A DNA stretch of 63,424 bases, the filler included, from Folioceros fuciformis (taxonomy: Eukaryota): the NCBI GenBank assembly GCA_049999805.1. It is 10 parts of 10 records of this genome, joined end to end, with 100 filler letters (N's around TTAATTAATTAA, not from the genome) between each part and the next. Parts side by side here need not be neighbours in the genome. Positions count along the whole stretch, not along the records: positions 22,513 to 27,021 come from JBNGIO010001909.1; positions 27,122 to 32,695 come from JBNGIO010001910.1; positions 32,796 to 35,273 come from JBNGIO010001911.1; 7 more parts are not named here. One strand, 5' to 3'. A model generated the notes under the pieces. That model was not told the DNA's origin. It did not search any database and saw only the letters and a program-made list of their open reading frames with translations. The position numbers and the translations under genes were made by a program. Each line of letters begins with the position of its first letter. The stretch's first letter is position 1. Shown here piece by piece: positions 22,526 to 35,373 of the stretch.

Positions 22526-23250
22526 AACCTGCTCATTCCGTCACTCAAAATGGGGGTTCTGAAAGTTTTTTTGTTCACAAGGATCTACTCAGTAAGGTCG
22601 ACAAGGTTTGTCTTAACCCATTTAAAGCGTGCCTAAAGCGGTGTCTTATGTTGGGTAGGGATGATGAATATGCTCGAGCTATTGCAGTTTTGCCCAAGAG
22701 ATTTGGAGTGAGGTGGGCAGTTGGCTGTAGAGGATTCTCCCTGACTCCAACCTCAGAATCACTAATGGTGGGGTTTACTGTGGTCTTTGTGCATTTTTCA
22801 GCTTTGGGTCAGCTAGTCTGCCGTGGTCTATTGCGGTAATGAGCCAGCTTCGTCTAAGGCTCTACTATGGCGCATTTGGGAGCATTTACTAATTGCGGCA
22901 GAAAGTCTGAGGCAGTCTCATCAGAAACAGTTCAAGCGGAGTGAATGAAGATTGGCGGGTTTCCTACTTCCTGGGAATGACGATCACTGGAATCACGCCT
23001 GCCCTTGGGGAAGGTGAACTCCCATGGCCCTTAGGTGAATTTGAGGTTTAAGTCTGGAGGGTCTTATCAGTCCACTAATATCAGAGTGATGGGGAGCATT
23101 TTCCGCGTCCTGTCCAGAGGGTTGGACACAAGGTTGGTTTTTTTTCTCCCGATCATGGTACTCATGCTATGTAAATACATAGGCAAGGGTCCCCTTAGTA
23201 TTGTAAGAGGATGACAATATTAATCAGAATCCTTTTCTTCATGAAAAAAA
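22526..23250 (+). mobile_element. 5'-truncated L1 LINE 3' end (zf-RVT region, 3'UTR, A-tract)
   Basis: YCSFAQEIWSEV and ALLWRIWE motifs; candidate TSD AAAAAAATCAC at 22515-22525 and 23244-23254. Confidence 0.6.
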
Positions 23251-23369
23251 TCACTATTCTTTGACGACACTAGCTCAGGATCTGACACTTCTTGAAGACA
23301 TGGAATAGGCATATCTTGCTAGCAACACACCACAATCAGTCTTTTCTAGGGTAGCATAAATTCTGATGC

Positions 23370-24870
23370 CAATGGAGTCCAAGACTCCAAGCATCTCTTT
23401 GAACTGGTTATGCTTCAACTTACGTAGAGCTTTTGTAAGCAAGTCAGCTGCATTAGAGCCTGTAGGGACGTACTCAAGACAGATCTGACTGAGCTCACAA
23501 CATCACAAATGAAATGATGATGAACCTCAATATGTTTCGTTTGAGCATGGAAAATTGGGTTCTGTGCAAGGGTAAGTGCTGACTATTTATCATAGTAGAT
23601 TAGTGTCGGTTGAGTCTACTCCTGACCCATGTCTTTAAGCAAACACCTCAACCAGATGCCTTCTTTCACAGCTTGTGTAAGTGCAGCATATTCAACTTCC
23701 GTAGAAGATAGAGAAATAATAAATTGTTTCTTGGATGACCAGGTAATAGCACCTCCAGCAAGCAGAAATGCATATGCAGACACTAACTTCCTAGTATCTG
23801 GGTCAGATGCCCAATTAGCGTCACAATAGCCAACTAACGTAAGTGCTTCCTCACCCTTAGTCTGCTTCGCATAATGAATTCCATGCTTGCTGGTTCCCTT
23901 CCAATAACGCAAGATTCGTTTAGACGCTGACCAGTGAACTTGCCCAGGGTCCTTCAAAAACTAAGAGGTCATGCTAACTGGAAGAGAGATATCAGGCCGG
24001 GTATGATTGGAACAGAAAATCAAAGACCCAACAGCTTGAGCATACAGAACATTAGTCCTTGCTTTCCTACCAACATCTGTTAGAGGTGATTGCTCCTTAA
24101 GCAACTTACAACCAGCCTCCATGGGGGTGGCAGCAGGTTTGGCCTCCATAAGCTTATACTTGAACAACATATCAAAGATATACTTCTCTTGATGAATAAC
24201 TAGCTGCCCATTCTCTGAGTTTTGTAGAAGTTGAGTGCCTAGACAGTAGGAAAGCTCACCTACATCTACCATCTCAAACCTTCCTAACAGTAGACCTTTA
24301 ACCCTCTCTATTCTTGACAGGTTAGTGTTGAGGAGAATGCAGTTATCTGCATAAAGAGCTAGGATGACAAAACCATCAGCATCCTAGAGCAAGTACACAT
24401 TGGAATCGGCTGTCATTTTCTCAAAACCAAGGTCCTGTAAGAATTCATCAATACATGCATACCATGCTCTTGGACTCTATTTCAAGCCATATATTGTCTT
24501 GAGCAGCCTACACGCCCAATCTTCCTTACCAGAAATCTCATGCCCTTCCGGCTGTTGCATGTAGATTTCTTCCTCCAAGCGACCATGAAGAAAGGCTATC
24601 TTCACATCCATCTAATGAATGAACAAGGAGAAAAAGGCGAACATAGCAAACAACACTCTAAGGGACTGAGCTTTGACTACAGAAGAAAAGGTGTCATGAT
24701 AGTCCAAACTGGGAACTTGAGAAAAACCTCGAGCAACAAGCTGTGCCTTATAGCAAGAAATTGACCTGTCTGCCTGATACTTGAGCTTGAAGACCCACTT
24801 ACTACTCACAATTTTCCTTCCCGGATGGGGTCTGCAAAGCTCCCAAGTTCCATTAGGCTTCTCGTAAGTT
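23370..24870 (-). mobile_element. copia RT-RNaseH, degenerate
   Basis: NGTWEL, KWVFKLK, LVARGFSQ, HTRPDI, GYCDANWA, SSTEVEY, FHAQTKHIEV. Confidence 0.92.
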
Positions 24871-24909
24871 GACAAAGGCCGTGTAGTAAGTAGAGGAGGT
24901 TCAACCTAG

Positions 24910-25633
24910 ACTACGGACTTCGTAGGTGGCCAAAAAGGCTACTCAACAAGAGGTTCGTGCTTTGAAAACGAAGCTCACCCAGACTCGCGAAGCCATGCAA
25001 ATTCATGGAGAGGATTGGGAGTAGGAGCGGAAGCAACTCATCGATCGAGCGCAAGGCTTCCAAAGCATGGTCGAAGAGTTGCAAGCCTAGCTGGTGGACT
25101 ACGAGGTCTAGGAGGACCAACATGAGGTTACCTTACTACGGGCTCAGACTGAGGCAGTATCCACTCTCTGTCTTCGGGAATCAGCGACTGGCACCTGCTT
25201 CGCCTTGGAGGAACTCCGACAGCACATCAACGTCGCCGCAACTTAACACCCTGAGCTTTTGGAGGCACGATGGCAGCCGAAGTACATGACCCTCCGGAGG
25301 ATGGTTATTGGCGCTGTCCAATAGTTGGATGATAGTCATGCCTTCTTCCATGGGGAGATACTCCGGGTCCTAACTGACACAACAGAGGTATTGTTGGCAG
25401 GAGCAACACCTACGGGTGGGCAAACAACTCCAAGCAGGCCTGACCACCCCGCTGCTGGACCTCCCTCACCAAACCTCTAGTTGATAATCTCGTCTCCTCA
25501 AGCCGGCTCTACTCATTTGCTCATCGCAATTGGAGGGGTAGAATCTTCTCTAGGACCCGCCTCACTGACACAAAGATCTCCCACGAATTCCTCCTCCAGC
25601 CCCACACCGCCCACTCCACCGTCGGCTCATTAA
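24910..25633 (+). pseudogene. Decayed coiled-coil/Pro-rich ORF upstream of an LTR end
   Basis: Single frame QQEVRALKTKLTQTREAM..ERKQLIDRAQGFQSMVEELQA* broken mainly by TAG stops. Confidence 0.45.
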
Positions 25634-25923
25634 AACGAGCCAGCTGTTGTTTGGCAAGACTAGCATGCCCAAGTCTTAGAATATTTTATGTATCTTTCTC
25701 GAGTTAGAAGAAAAAGTTGACCACGTTGGTTCTGTACCACGTTGGTTAGTCTAACTAGGCCTTAGCATTAAATGTAGTTAGTTAACTAGCAAGCTAGCAA
25801 AAGGACACAACCCTTTGTAACCCTTTAAAAGCCCACCTATGAACCTAAACCTTAGTTGATTGTTTATCCTTCTTAGTAAAGCATCTGCTTGATGCAAGAC
25901 GCTTCCGCATGGCATTTCCAACT

Positions 25924-25935
25924 TGGTATCAGAGC
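25924..25935 (+). promoter_or_regulatory. PBS (tRNA-iMet) after a copia-type LTR end
   Basis: GCTTCCGC..TTCCAACT then perfect TGGTATCAGAGC. Confidence 0.8.
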
Positions 25936-27121
25936 AATGATCTGCCATGGACTTGCTTGCTATCTCTTCTTTGCTTCTATTGATGAAGAGCAAAGTAGAT
26001 AGCATATCATAATAGATTTGTAGTGTTTTTGAAGAGTATGATGGGGCTCCAATGGTCCTAGACTACGTTCTTAGAAACCATTAGAAAATATGGAAGAAAA
26101 TTCACTTCACAAGATCATTGAGGGTTTAAGAATTCAAGATATGAGTCTTAGGTGGTTGTGAATATTCTACATTTAGAAAGAAGAGTTTGTGGAGAGCACG
26201 ATGGGCTGCAAGAGCTCTAGATGTGTGTCTCGGTTTTTAAAACAAAAATAAACCTTTTATAGAACCTTTAAGATGCGCTAAGAACAAGAAAGCAAATCTA
26301 ATAGAAAAGAAAGTTTGCTTATTCAGATTCTTCCTCTTAGGTAGTCACATGAACTAGCCTAATTTAGGAACTTTAAACTATAGAAATGGGATGTGCAATT
26401 GGAAAATCCAGCAAAAAGAAACTTAGAGTCTGGTAACCCATCCCAGAACTAATTCGACCCAAGGCTATTTAATCGCAGAGTTCTAATACAGAACTGTTCA
26501 TTGGCCTCTACAAGCCCCTACAATAAGAGGGACACAATTAAATTATATACACTGTTTTACGGAAGAAGAAGAAGGAGAATCTATGGGCACACTGATCGGA
26601 GGCACTGATGCCTTGTTCACAGCAATTTTAGGCCAGGGATGGTTGTGCCTACAGGGCGCCCTTCCTCTACTAAGATCTAGGCGCTTCAACTCACGAGAAA
26701 TTGGTAATTGGAGCCTAATTGGGGAAGATGGGGAGGGGGATTGGAGCTTGGTTGATCTTAGTATCTCTAAACTGGCTTAATCTGCAAGCGTGTAGGGGGA
26801 GAAGGTATTCCCACAGAGGATCTGCGCTCTATTACTCAACTTCTACCAAATGATGCCAGAATCGAGCAAACTTCGTCGAGAATTGAGGCGGATCTAGGGG
26901 GGAAGATTGCAGGATGAGACACAATTCTCGACTGATCCTAACTTGAAATCCACCAAATTCAGACACAGGGCTCAGCAGGAGGAGGCACCCCGGCTCGCTG
27001 ATCCAGCGCCCGCACCCGATCNNNNNNNNNNNNNNNNNNNNNNNNNNNNNNNNNNNNNNNNNNNNTTAATTAATTAANNNNNNNNNNNNNNNNNNNNNNN
27101 NNNNNNNNNNNNNNNNNNNNN

Positions 27122-28462
27122 AGGGTCAGTCTTCCATGGCTGAGGAACCATTTCGGCTGGAAGCTGATTCCGCTGAATAAGTTACCGTTTTCAGGCCAGG
27201 TTCCGGCTGCTGATCCCACTCCTTCCCACCTCCTCTCTATCTTTCCCACCTCTCATACTCCTCACCTGGAGGTTGGCTCAGCCACCAAGGGTGAACAGTT
27301 GCAAGGGAAGACTTAGCGGGCGGCTATCCGGCAAGGAAGAGGCGGCGTCCGCAGATCTTTGAAGATCAGACATCCTCTGAAGTCTCAGGATAGTCTAAGA
27401 GGTGGTAGATCCTTGTGGTGGTAGGGCCAGGAGCTCATTGGTGGCAGGATGTGCTAGAAGTCTAAATAAGTGGCTGGTGATAACCGGCTAGGCTAGTAGT
27501 CCTATTAAAATAATATTTCTCAAGTTAGAGAGAGGTGAAGTCAAAGAGAGAGAGAGGCTCCTATAAGATCAGGTGAGCCTGTAGGAGGAGGGAGTCATTC
27601 ACTTTGGGAGTCAGTCTATCTCTTCGTGAGCTCTTGGAGGTCCTCTCTTCATGAGCTCTTGTGGTCTGTCCCTGCTTGGTTCTAGGACCTGCGGTGTGTT
27701 GCAGGCTGTCCAACGTCTGGTAGGATCGCAAGCCGCGTGTTGCCGGCTGTAGAGTGTTTGGTAGGATCGCAGGCAGCGTGTTGCTGGCTGTACAGTGTCT
27801 GGTAGGATCGCGAGCAGTGTGTTGCCGGTTGTATAGTGTCTGGTAGGATCACAAGGTGTAATGACCATGGTGAAGGGGCTTGCCCCTAGCTCTTGATTGT
27901 AAAGGATGTGTCTTTCTCTCAACCTGTCCACTCTTGTTCCTTGCTTGGGCAAGTGCTGTAGGCCAGCCATGTCTCATGGCCTCTGGTAAGGTTGTGGGGA
28001 GGAGATATCCAAGAGGGGAGTGTGTTCCCTTCTTTCTTTTCTTTGGGGTTAGTCTAGTGACTCTTGCCGAGTAGGAGGAGTCAGTAGGGAAGTGTAGAAG
28101 GTAGTGGTATCATAATTAGTTGCTGATGTTGGTGCTGGAGTGAGAGAGTGAGTGAAATGAGTGAGGGAAGTCGCAGATCTAAGAGGTTAGGGTCGCTGTA
28201 GTGAGTGGAGTGAGTTTGTGGGCACCGAGAAAGGTGCAGCTGACCGCCGAACAGCGAGGCCTGTCCTACGCCTGATCGGAGCTGGAGGGGAGCCCTCGAA
28301 TCCATCATCGAGTCGATTAAGTCTGACCCTCCATCCACAATAGCAAGGAACCCCATCGCTCCTTCATGGGAACGAAACCCAATGTCTCAACGACAGTGGG
28401 ATAAGTGTGGCCACTAAAGGTGGAACCCGTTGGCAATCAGTGCCCGGGGTTTTGCCTCCACA
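27122..28462 (+). mobile_element. Long LTR, family X (copy C)
   Basis: Matches copies A and B; CTATAAG TATA-like motif near 27561; ends CCTCCACA. Confidence 0.85.
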
Positions 28463-29810
28463 CGCTCCCAAGGGAGTGAACTAGTACCAAGGAACACTAC
28501 CTATTACACTTCTACCTATCAGCCGGTCTATAGGCCTGACCACACACACACAACAAAAAGGCCAGAAGCCTAGCCTATCCTCAAATCAGCTCATACAACC
28601 CACAGTCCTGATCTTCAGTCCTTCAGCCCCTCATGATTCCCACTTCACCCCTTTCTTCTTTACTTCAGCCTTCATGATTCCCACTTCAGTCCTTTCCTCT
28701 TCACTTCAGCACACACTCTTGCACGTCAACAACTCACTCTTCACTTCTATGCATTTCACTCCAACTCTTCCTCTCATACTTCAGCTATCCCCTGGAAATT
28801 GGAACACAATGGCTTCACTCCTTGCAGCCTTTATGCATAGTGTGGATACTAGGACTAGATAGCCTTCCAGGTCCCTTTACTTCAGCTAGCGTGCAAATCA
28901 TTCAGCCCTTGCAGATCCGGCCACACGGATCTTGATAGTCTTGGGATCTCCACGTTCCCCTAGTGGCAAGGGAAATCAGGACCTCGGTTCAGTCTCAACC
29001 GGCTCAACGCCCTAAGTCAGGAGTTCTGCACACAAGGTCCTGGGACATCACACCGTAGACAGCCCCCTCCTCAATGGCAGGTTTGCCCTCTTATACTTCC
29101 TTCACCCAACCCTCCATCTCTCTCTACTAGGGTTAACCTCAATCAACCACCTAACCGTCTCTCTCTAACCTAAGCCGCACCTAACTCTGACCTACACCCG
29201 GTTCTGACCTAAACCTAACCTAATTCTGACCTAAACCTAAACCAATTTTGACCTAAACCTAAACCAAGTCTGACCTAACCCTAATCAGGTCTAAACCTAG
29301 TCCTAAGTCTGACCTAACCTAATCAGACCTAAACATAGTCAGACCTAGTTTTGACCCCAACCTAAACCAAGCCTAACTCTAACCTATCTTGACCCCAACC
29401 TAAACCAAGCCTAACTCTAACCTATCCCTGCACCTAATTGCCGGTTACCCCCTTGGACACCGCTGGTTGCCCTTTATCCAAAATTATCAGCCTCTCACAA
29501 CTAGCAAAAATCAGGAGTACTTCTTAACACCCTCCCCTCCTCTCTCGAATCAGATCATCCCTTCCCCTTAGATCATCCTGCACCCTTCAGAGACCTCCAT
29601 CTCCAGGTCCCTCGCCCCATTCTGCTGGCCAAGACCTCCATCTCCAGGTCCCTCGCCCCATTCTGCTGGCCAAGACCCATGACCCGGCAAAACTACCCAT
29701 GTAGTGCCCCTGAATGAGCACCTTGCAAGCTTGGCACTGGAGATAACATCCCACCATTCCTGTTAACATAACCATCATTGGGCTTCCCACCCACTAGCAG
29801 CAAGCCTGTA
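28463..29810 (-). mobile_element. LTR family Y copy, interrupted by X about 75 bp from its 3' end
   Basis: Reverse-complement homology to about 13950-15305. Confidence 0.75.
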
Positions 29811-30339
29811 CTAATTGAATGTGTACGCCTGTACACATTCTTCTGGCAACCTACGCCTCCGACCCTTGTCCAGGCCACCATAACCCCCTTGCTCGAAGCC
29901 AGAGTCGAGCTGTTTTTATCCCTTCATCTAAGTTCACTCTTCAATCTCTCCTCTGTTGCTTGTTGCAATGACCTCACCCTCTCGTCAGCTTCCCGTTGCT
30001 CCATAATAATCTCCTTCTGTAGAAGGTATGCGGCTTCGGCCTTCATCAGCTCCTTTGCATGAGCATCTTTCAGTTAGGGCGCATGCTCTTCCCTTAACTT
30101 CTGCAGAGATCTATCAACGCACAGATAACTTGCTTCTGTAGCTGCCTTTCCTTCCTGTGCTCATTGAAGGAGAAACTCTTCAAAGAGAACCCCTCGCCCA
30201 TGTAACTCTCAAAGCCACCTTCACTTTGGTTTTCCAGGATGTTCTTCCACAACCCCCCTTGTTTGCAATGGAAGCAGACTCCTCCTCATGATCCTACCCC
30301 TCAAGGACTTCAGCCTGATGTTGCACCGATTCGCCACTC

Positions 30340-32695
30340 CTTGATCCGTCTGGGCAACTGGACCGTCCCCGCTTGCTTCTTGCTTGCCTAGACCCAGTCG
30401 GATCTCGCCAACCTAGTTTCCGCCCCGGCTAGGCTGCCTGCATGCTAGCCATGATCTAGCCAGGATTTCCCCCCGGCCCCAGACTGGATCCCCCGGCTGG
30501 CCTGGATCGAGGCCACACACCAGCCTCGTGGGTTTCCGGATCCAGCCATGCGGCCAGCCTACGCATAGCTGGTTTCCCCCAAGGCCGCCTGGCTTGTGCA
30601 GTCTACCGATCCGGTCAGGCTCCCGGTGCCAGCTTCCAGCCTTCCCGTTCCTGCTGCACAAGATCCGACCATCGGCCTTGCCGACCAGCCCGTCCAAGTC
30701 CACCCCTGGCCTGCTAGGCCACCTCCCCAGCCGCCATGGCCTGACCTGGCTGATCCCTCCTCAGCCAGCCATCAGCCGGTCAGCCACAACCCGCTCTCGG
30801 CCTACTGCAGACTGGATCTACCTTGGCCGACCACAGGCCGCCTGAGCGGATCCACCCCGGCCCGCGCAGCCCGATCAGCCTGCCTACCTAGCCTTCGATC
30901 TGAATCTGGCCAGCCCGCTAGACTCCAGCCCCCCCCAGCTGATCAGCCATGCCTCCTGCTCGGCCCGGCCGTCTGTCGCACTCGTATGCCCGCCAACAAG
31001 CGAGCTAGATGCTCCTGCTGCACTTCGGGTTGCATACCTGGTAGCGGCCGGGTCTGCCGACTGCCTGCCTGCTGACGAGCCCTGCTGATCCTTGCACCTA
31101 CAGCCCTCCGGCCCTTCGGATCCAGCCAAGACCCCAGCCCAGACCCGAATCCATGCCTGGCCTAGGTTCAGGCCCGACTCGTTACCACCGGCCCGGCTAG
31201 CCGATCAGCCCGGCCTTCCCGGATCCAACCCTGGCCAGATCTGCCAGATCTGCCAGCTCTCTCCTCAGCCACGACCGCTCCTGGCCAGATCCGCCAGCCA
31301 GAGCCGGGCGCCATTGCCCCCGGATTCGACTGGATCCAGCCCCCTCGCGGCCAACCTGCTGGCGCCTGACCCCGACCAGGACCCCGGCTCGGCTCTAGCC
31401 CCGGGCCTCCTTCTTGCCACCAGCCTGGGCTGGGCTGTTGGCTCGGTTCCAGCAGCCATGCCCGGCTGCCTACCTTGCTCCATCTAGCGTTCCGGCGGCC
31501 TACTTGGTTGATTGCCTCGCAGCTCCGGCCAGGACCCCGACTTGGGTGTCGATTGGATCCGGTTCGCCTTCCCGCTGGCTTGAACCCTGCAACTTGCTAC
31601 CGTGGATCCGGCTAGCAGATTGGCCGGCCACAGCCCTCCTGCTCTGACTCAGCTAGCTAGACCGACCAGCCAATCTGCTGGCTGGCTGGATCCAGCCAAC
31701 AACCCCGCCCGGATTTGGCCCCGGCTGCATGCCTCCTCCACGGCCCTTGGCTAGATCCTCCTGCTCGGCCTGCCTGCGCCGGCCTGTCCCAGCTGCAACC
31801 AGCCCGGCTCCAGAATCGGGCAGCCAGCCATCATCTGCCGCTGCTGGTTAGATCTCTCCACCGCCAGCCACCCCACCAACCAGGTTTCAGCCTACCCACC
31901 AGCCTGGCTAGCTGATCAGCCCGGCCTCCCGATCCAGCCTGACAGCCCGCCTGCTTGGCCTGGCAGCCTGTTGGGCCGCCTGGCTCCTACAGCCAGGCAC
32001 TTCATCCCCGAGTCCTCCCAATCAGCTCCCAACGCGTTGCAGCCATGAACTGCCCGACTCAAGCCCACCCCGGCCAGCTCCTTGCAAGCCAAGTGCCTTC
32101 CTGCTAGCAGATCAACTTGACCAGCCGCCATGGCTGATCCACTTAGGCAGCCGGCTTGCTAGCCCGCCTACCTTCATCCCGACCCACTCTTGTGGTCGGT
32201 CCGACTCCTAGTTCCCTGACCCTATTGCCAGCCCGACCGGCCCTTGCCGCTGCTTGCATGCAACTGGCCGACCTAGCTGCTGGTCAGGTTCCTCAGCAGC
32301 CAGGGGGCCCCTGGCTTGCTCCCGGCTGCCCGTCTTGCTAGTCTACGTCCCGTCTTCAGCCCGAGGCCTCCCTGGCTTGGATCCAGCGCCGCCCCTGGCT
32401 TGTCTATACTACTGGTTCAAATCTGGCCAGCTCGCCAACCCACCAGGACGCCGAGTTGCCAGCCTTCCTGGCTGGTTGGCTCCAGGGTAGGCCAGCCTCA
32501 ACCCACCAGGATTCGGCGCCGCTCCTGGCTTGCCTGTGCTACCCATTCAAAAGGGCTGGGCTGGGCTATCTAGCGTTCCGGCCAAACCTGCCTGGATCAC
32601 CTGCCGGGTCGCTTGCCGGGCGACCTCCCCCTCAGCACCCGCTGCCAGCCATTACCGCTTGGATCAGCCCAAGGCCCGTCTGGCCTGGATCCAGC
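30340..32695. repeat. GC-rich degenerate low-complexity repeat (GGATCCAGCC/GCCAGCC/GCTAGC words)
   Basis: Recurrent short motifs over about 2.3 kb; only spurious Pro/Ala/Leu-rich ORFs. Confidence 0.7.
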
Positions 32696-32795
32696 NNNNN
32701 NNNNNNNNNNNNNNNNNNNNNNNNNNNNNNNNNNNNNNNTTAATTAATTAANNNNNNNNNNNNNNNNNNNNNNNNNNNNNNNNNNNNNNNNNNNN

Positions 32796-32903
32796 GCCTG
32801 CACCTGTGCCAGTGCCTGCACCTGTGCCAGTGCCTGCACCTGTGCCAGTGCCTGCACCTGTGCCAGTGCCTGCACCTGTGCCAGTGCCTGCACCTGTGCC
32901 AGT
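32796..32903. repeat. 6 x 18-bp perfect tandem repeat GCCTGCACCTGTGCCAGT, cut by contig edge
   Basis: Direct count; minus frames read GTGTGA or AQVQAL repeats. Confidence 0.95.
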
Positions 32904-35373
32904 GGCCGTCCCCGTGGAGGTGCCGGCGGCTGAGGCGGAGGTGCTGTTGGAGACCTTGATGGCGTTGTTGATGCTCTTGCACTTGGCTGCTGAGTCCATA
33001 TGGCTGCTATGGCTGGAGCTGTTGTTGACTGGAGAAGCCGTGGTGCTACCACGAGTGCTGGTTCCCCCGTCCATGGCCAAGCATGGCTGCTGCCGCTGAC
33101 TGCTGGCCGCTAGCCTCCTGGGTTTAGTCCAGTGTGCGGTGGACTTCGGCTGCACCTGTGCTTGAGCCTAAAGCCTGTGCCTGTTGCTGTGCCTGTGCTT
33201 GTCCATGTTCCTGGAGTAGTCACCAGTACACCAGGCGTTGGCCGCTGTTGGTGTTCCTAATGGCCAAGGCTTCCATGTCCGTGCTTGGCCATGGCTTGGC
33301 AAGAATCCATTGCAGTGCAGGGAGGTGAAGGAGGAAGGAGGACGGCGAAGCTAGCTGGCCCAGACGCCAAATGGGCGAGAGCGACGAGCAGCTGGCCAAG
33401 GGGCGGCAGCAGGAGACGGGGTAGGGGTAGGGGCAGGTGGAGGAACAGGGGGAGCCATTCTTGGCGAAGGTGGTGGTGGGGCATCTGGTAATTGTGCCAA
33501 CGCCAGGGGAGAGGGAAGGAAGGAGAGGGAGGCGGACAGCAGAGGGGAGGTGGAGAAGTGGGTGCCAGGAAGGAGGGAGGTAGGGAGGCGGGGAAGGGGC
33601 CGAGGGCGAGGGCAAGGCCAGGCCAGGCCAGGCCAGGCCAGACAGGGTTGCGAGGACGGATGGACCAACTGGGTCAGCCACCCACTCCGCCCACGCATGG
33701 GAGAGGAGAGAGATGGAAGAGATGCAAAGGGGGAGGAGATGGAGGAGCAGGAGTCGAGACGGCAGTGGAGAGGAGAGGAGAGCAGGCCAGGCCAGGCCAG
33801 GCCAAGGCAGAGCCAGAACCGGGACCAGGAGTAGGCCAGAAGTGCACAAGAGCAGAGGAGCGGGCGGGGCCGGAGCCGGGGTCGCGAGGAACGTGCGGTG
33901 GGGCCACGTGGCGGGGCGGCAGCAGCAGCGGCACAGCCTGACTGCGAGGCTGGGTAACCAGGTGGCGCGCACTCGGTGGCGGCGTTCGATCGACCGCGGC
34001 CTGGCTGCGGCCTGTTTGAGGCGGCCAGGGTGAGTGTGAGGGTGTGCATGAGAAGCCATGAGCTCGAGTCGAGTCCGTTCCCCTTTCCTGTACGCTACCC
34101 TTACTGGTCGTCCTAGTGCGAATGTGGTGGGAGGGATTGTGTCTTGAGCGCCGCACCGCACCGCAGCACTCTTTGTTAGGTCCGGTCCGCATCATGCCCG
34201 CATGAGGTGGGACGCCTCGGGGCGCACCAGAATATGGACTCATCAGCCCAAGGAATCGTTCCATCAGCTCTAAAGAAAGATAGTGGCGATGGGGAGGTGA
34301 CTGGAACGCGCGCATTGGGGGCAAAAGCACAGTTGGGCTTCGGAAGGGGAGGAGAGGGGACCGAAGGCGGGGAAGCAAGCGTGATCGACACGTCTGATGG
34401 AACTCTCCTTTCCTCCCTTACCATGTCCATGTCCCATGTGGAGTGCGTTCTCCTTCCTTCCAGATCCTTGCCTTACCTTGCCTGGCGTGGCCTTGCATTG
34501 AGGGCCCTGGCTTGACCACACTGGGCGACCGGGCTAGGGTGGTCGTGGGCCGCCTCTCTCATCTCACATGACACTGCAACGGAACGCGCAACAACGCCAG
34601 CCAGGCATGCACAGATGAGCAGTCAGGAGTGGAAGGGCAAGAGGCTGAGGCTGAGGCTGAGGCTGACGCCGAGGTTCCCATCCAGGGCAGGGGTCCGCCC
34701 CTCACCAAGATCGTGGAGGTTCCAAAACATGATCAGGTATACATCTTGTGTGTGCTATGGACATGGCCATGGCCATGCCAGATGAAGCTGATTGTTTGTA
34801 CAGTACGTGGTTGCGTCGCACTGGTCATGAGTACGTATGAGCCGCAACCGCACTTGATGCAGGCCAGGGCAGGCCATGCCAGGCCACGCCACGCCACGCC
34901 ACGCCCGGCCCTCGCCCTCGCTAGGCCTCCAGTGGCTTTCCTTGCCTTCCCTTCCCCGTCCAGTGCAGTCTAGTCCAACCCCCTTTTGCCCACTATACGC
35001 GCCAGCCACGCCCAGGCATAGGGCACAGGCCACTTGGATTCAACAACTTGGATTCAACAACAGGTAGATCAGCGCAGGGGCGGGGACGGGGCAGGGCAGG
35101 CGAGCAGAGAAGCGCAGAGTAGCAGAAACCATGCCCAACCAACCTTCCCTCGGCTCCTACACAACCGCCAGTCATAAGTCCAATGGTCTCAGTTCCAGTG
35201 GTGGGCCCCGCCTCTTCCGCCATCGCCTCGCGTCTCGTCCCTCCCGCCCGGCTCTTCCGGGCTTCTCCAGGCTNNNNNNNNNNNNNNNNNNNNNNNNNNN
35301 NNNNNNNNNNNNNNNNNTTAATTAATTAANNNNNNNNNNNNNNNNNNNNNNNNNNNNNNNNNNNNNNNNNNNN

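Noticed and set aside
27407..29810. X|Y junction as a split-direct-repeat (DIRS/PAT) circle junction
   Set aside because: Y continues about 75 bp past that point at 15306-15381 to its own CCACA end, so simple nesting explains it; no tyrosine recombinase seen
30413..32751. Many overlapping Pro/Ala/Leu-rich ORFs
   Set aside because: Expected from GC-rich low-complexity DNA
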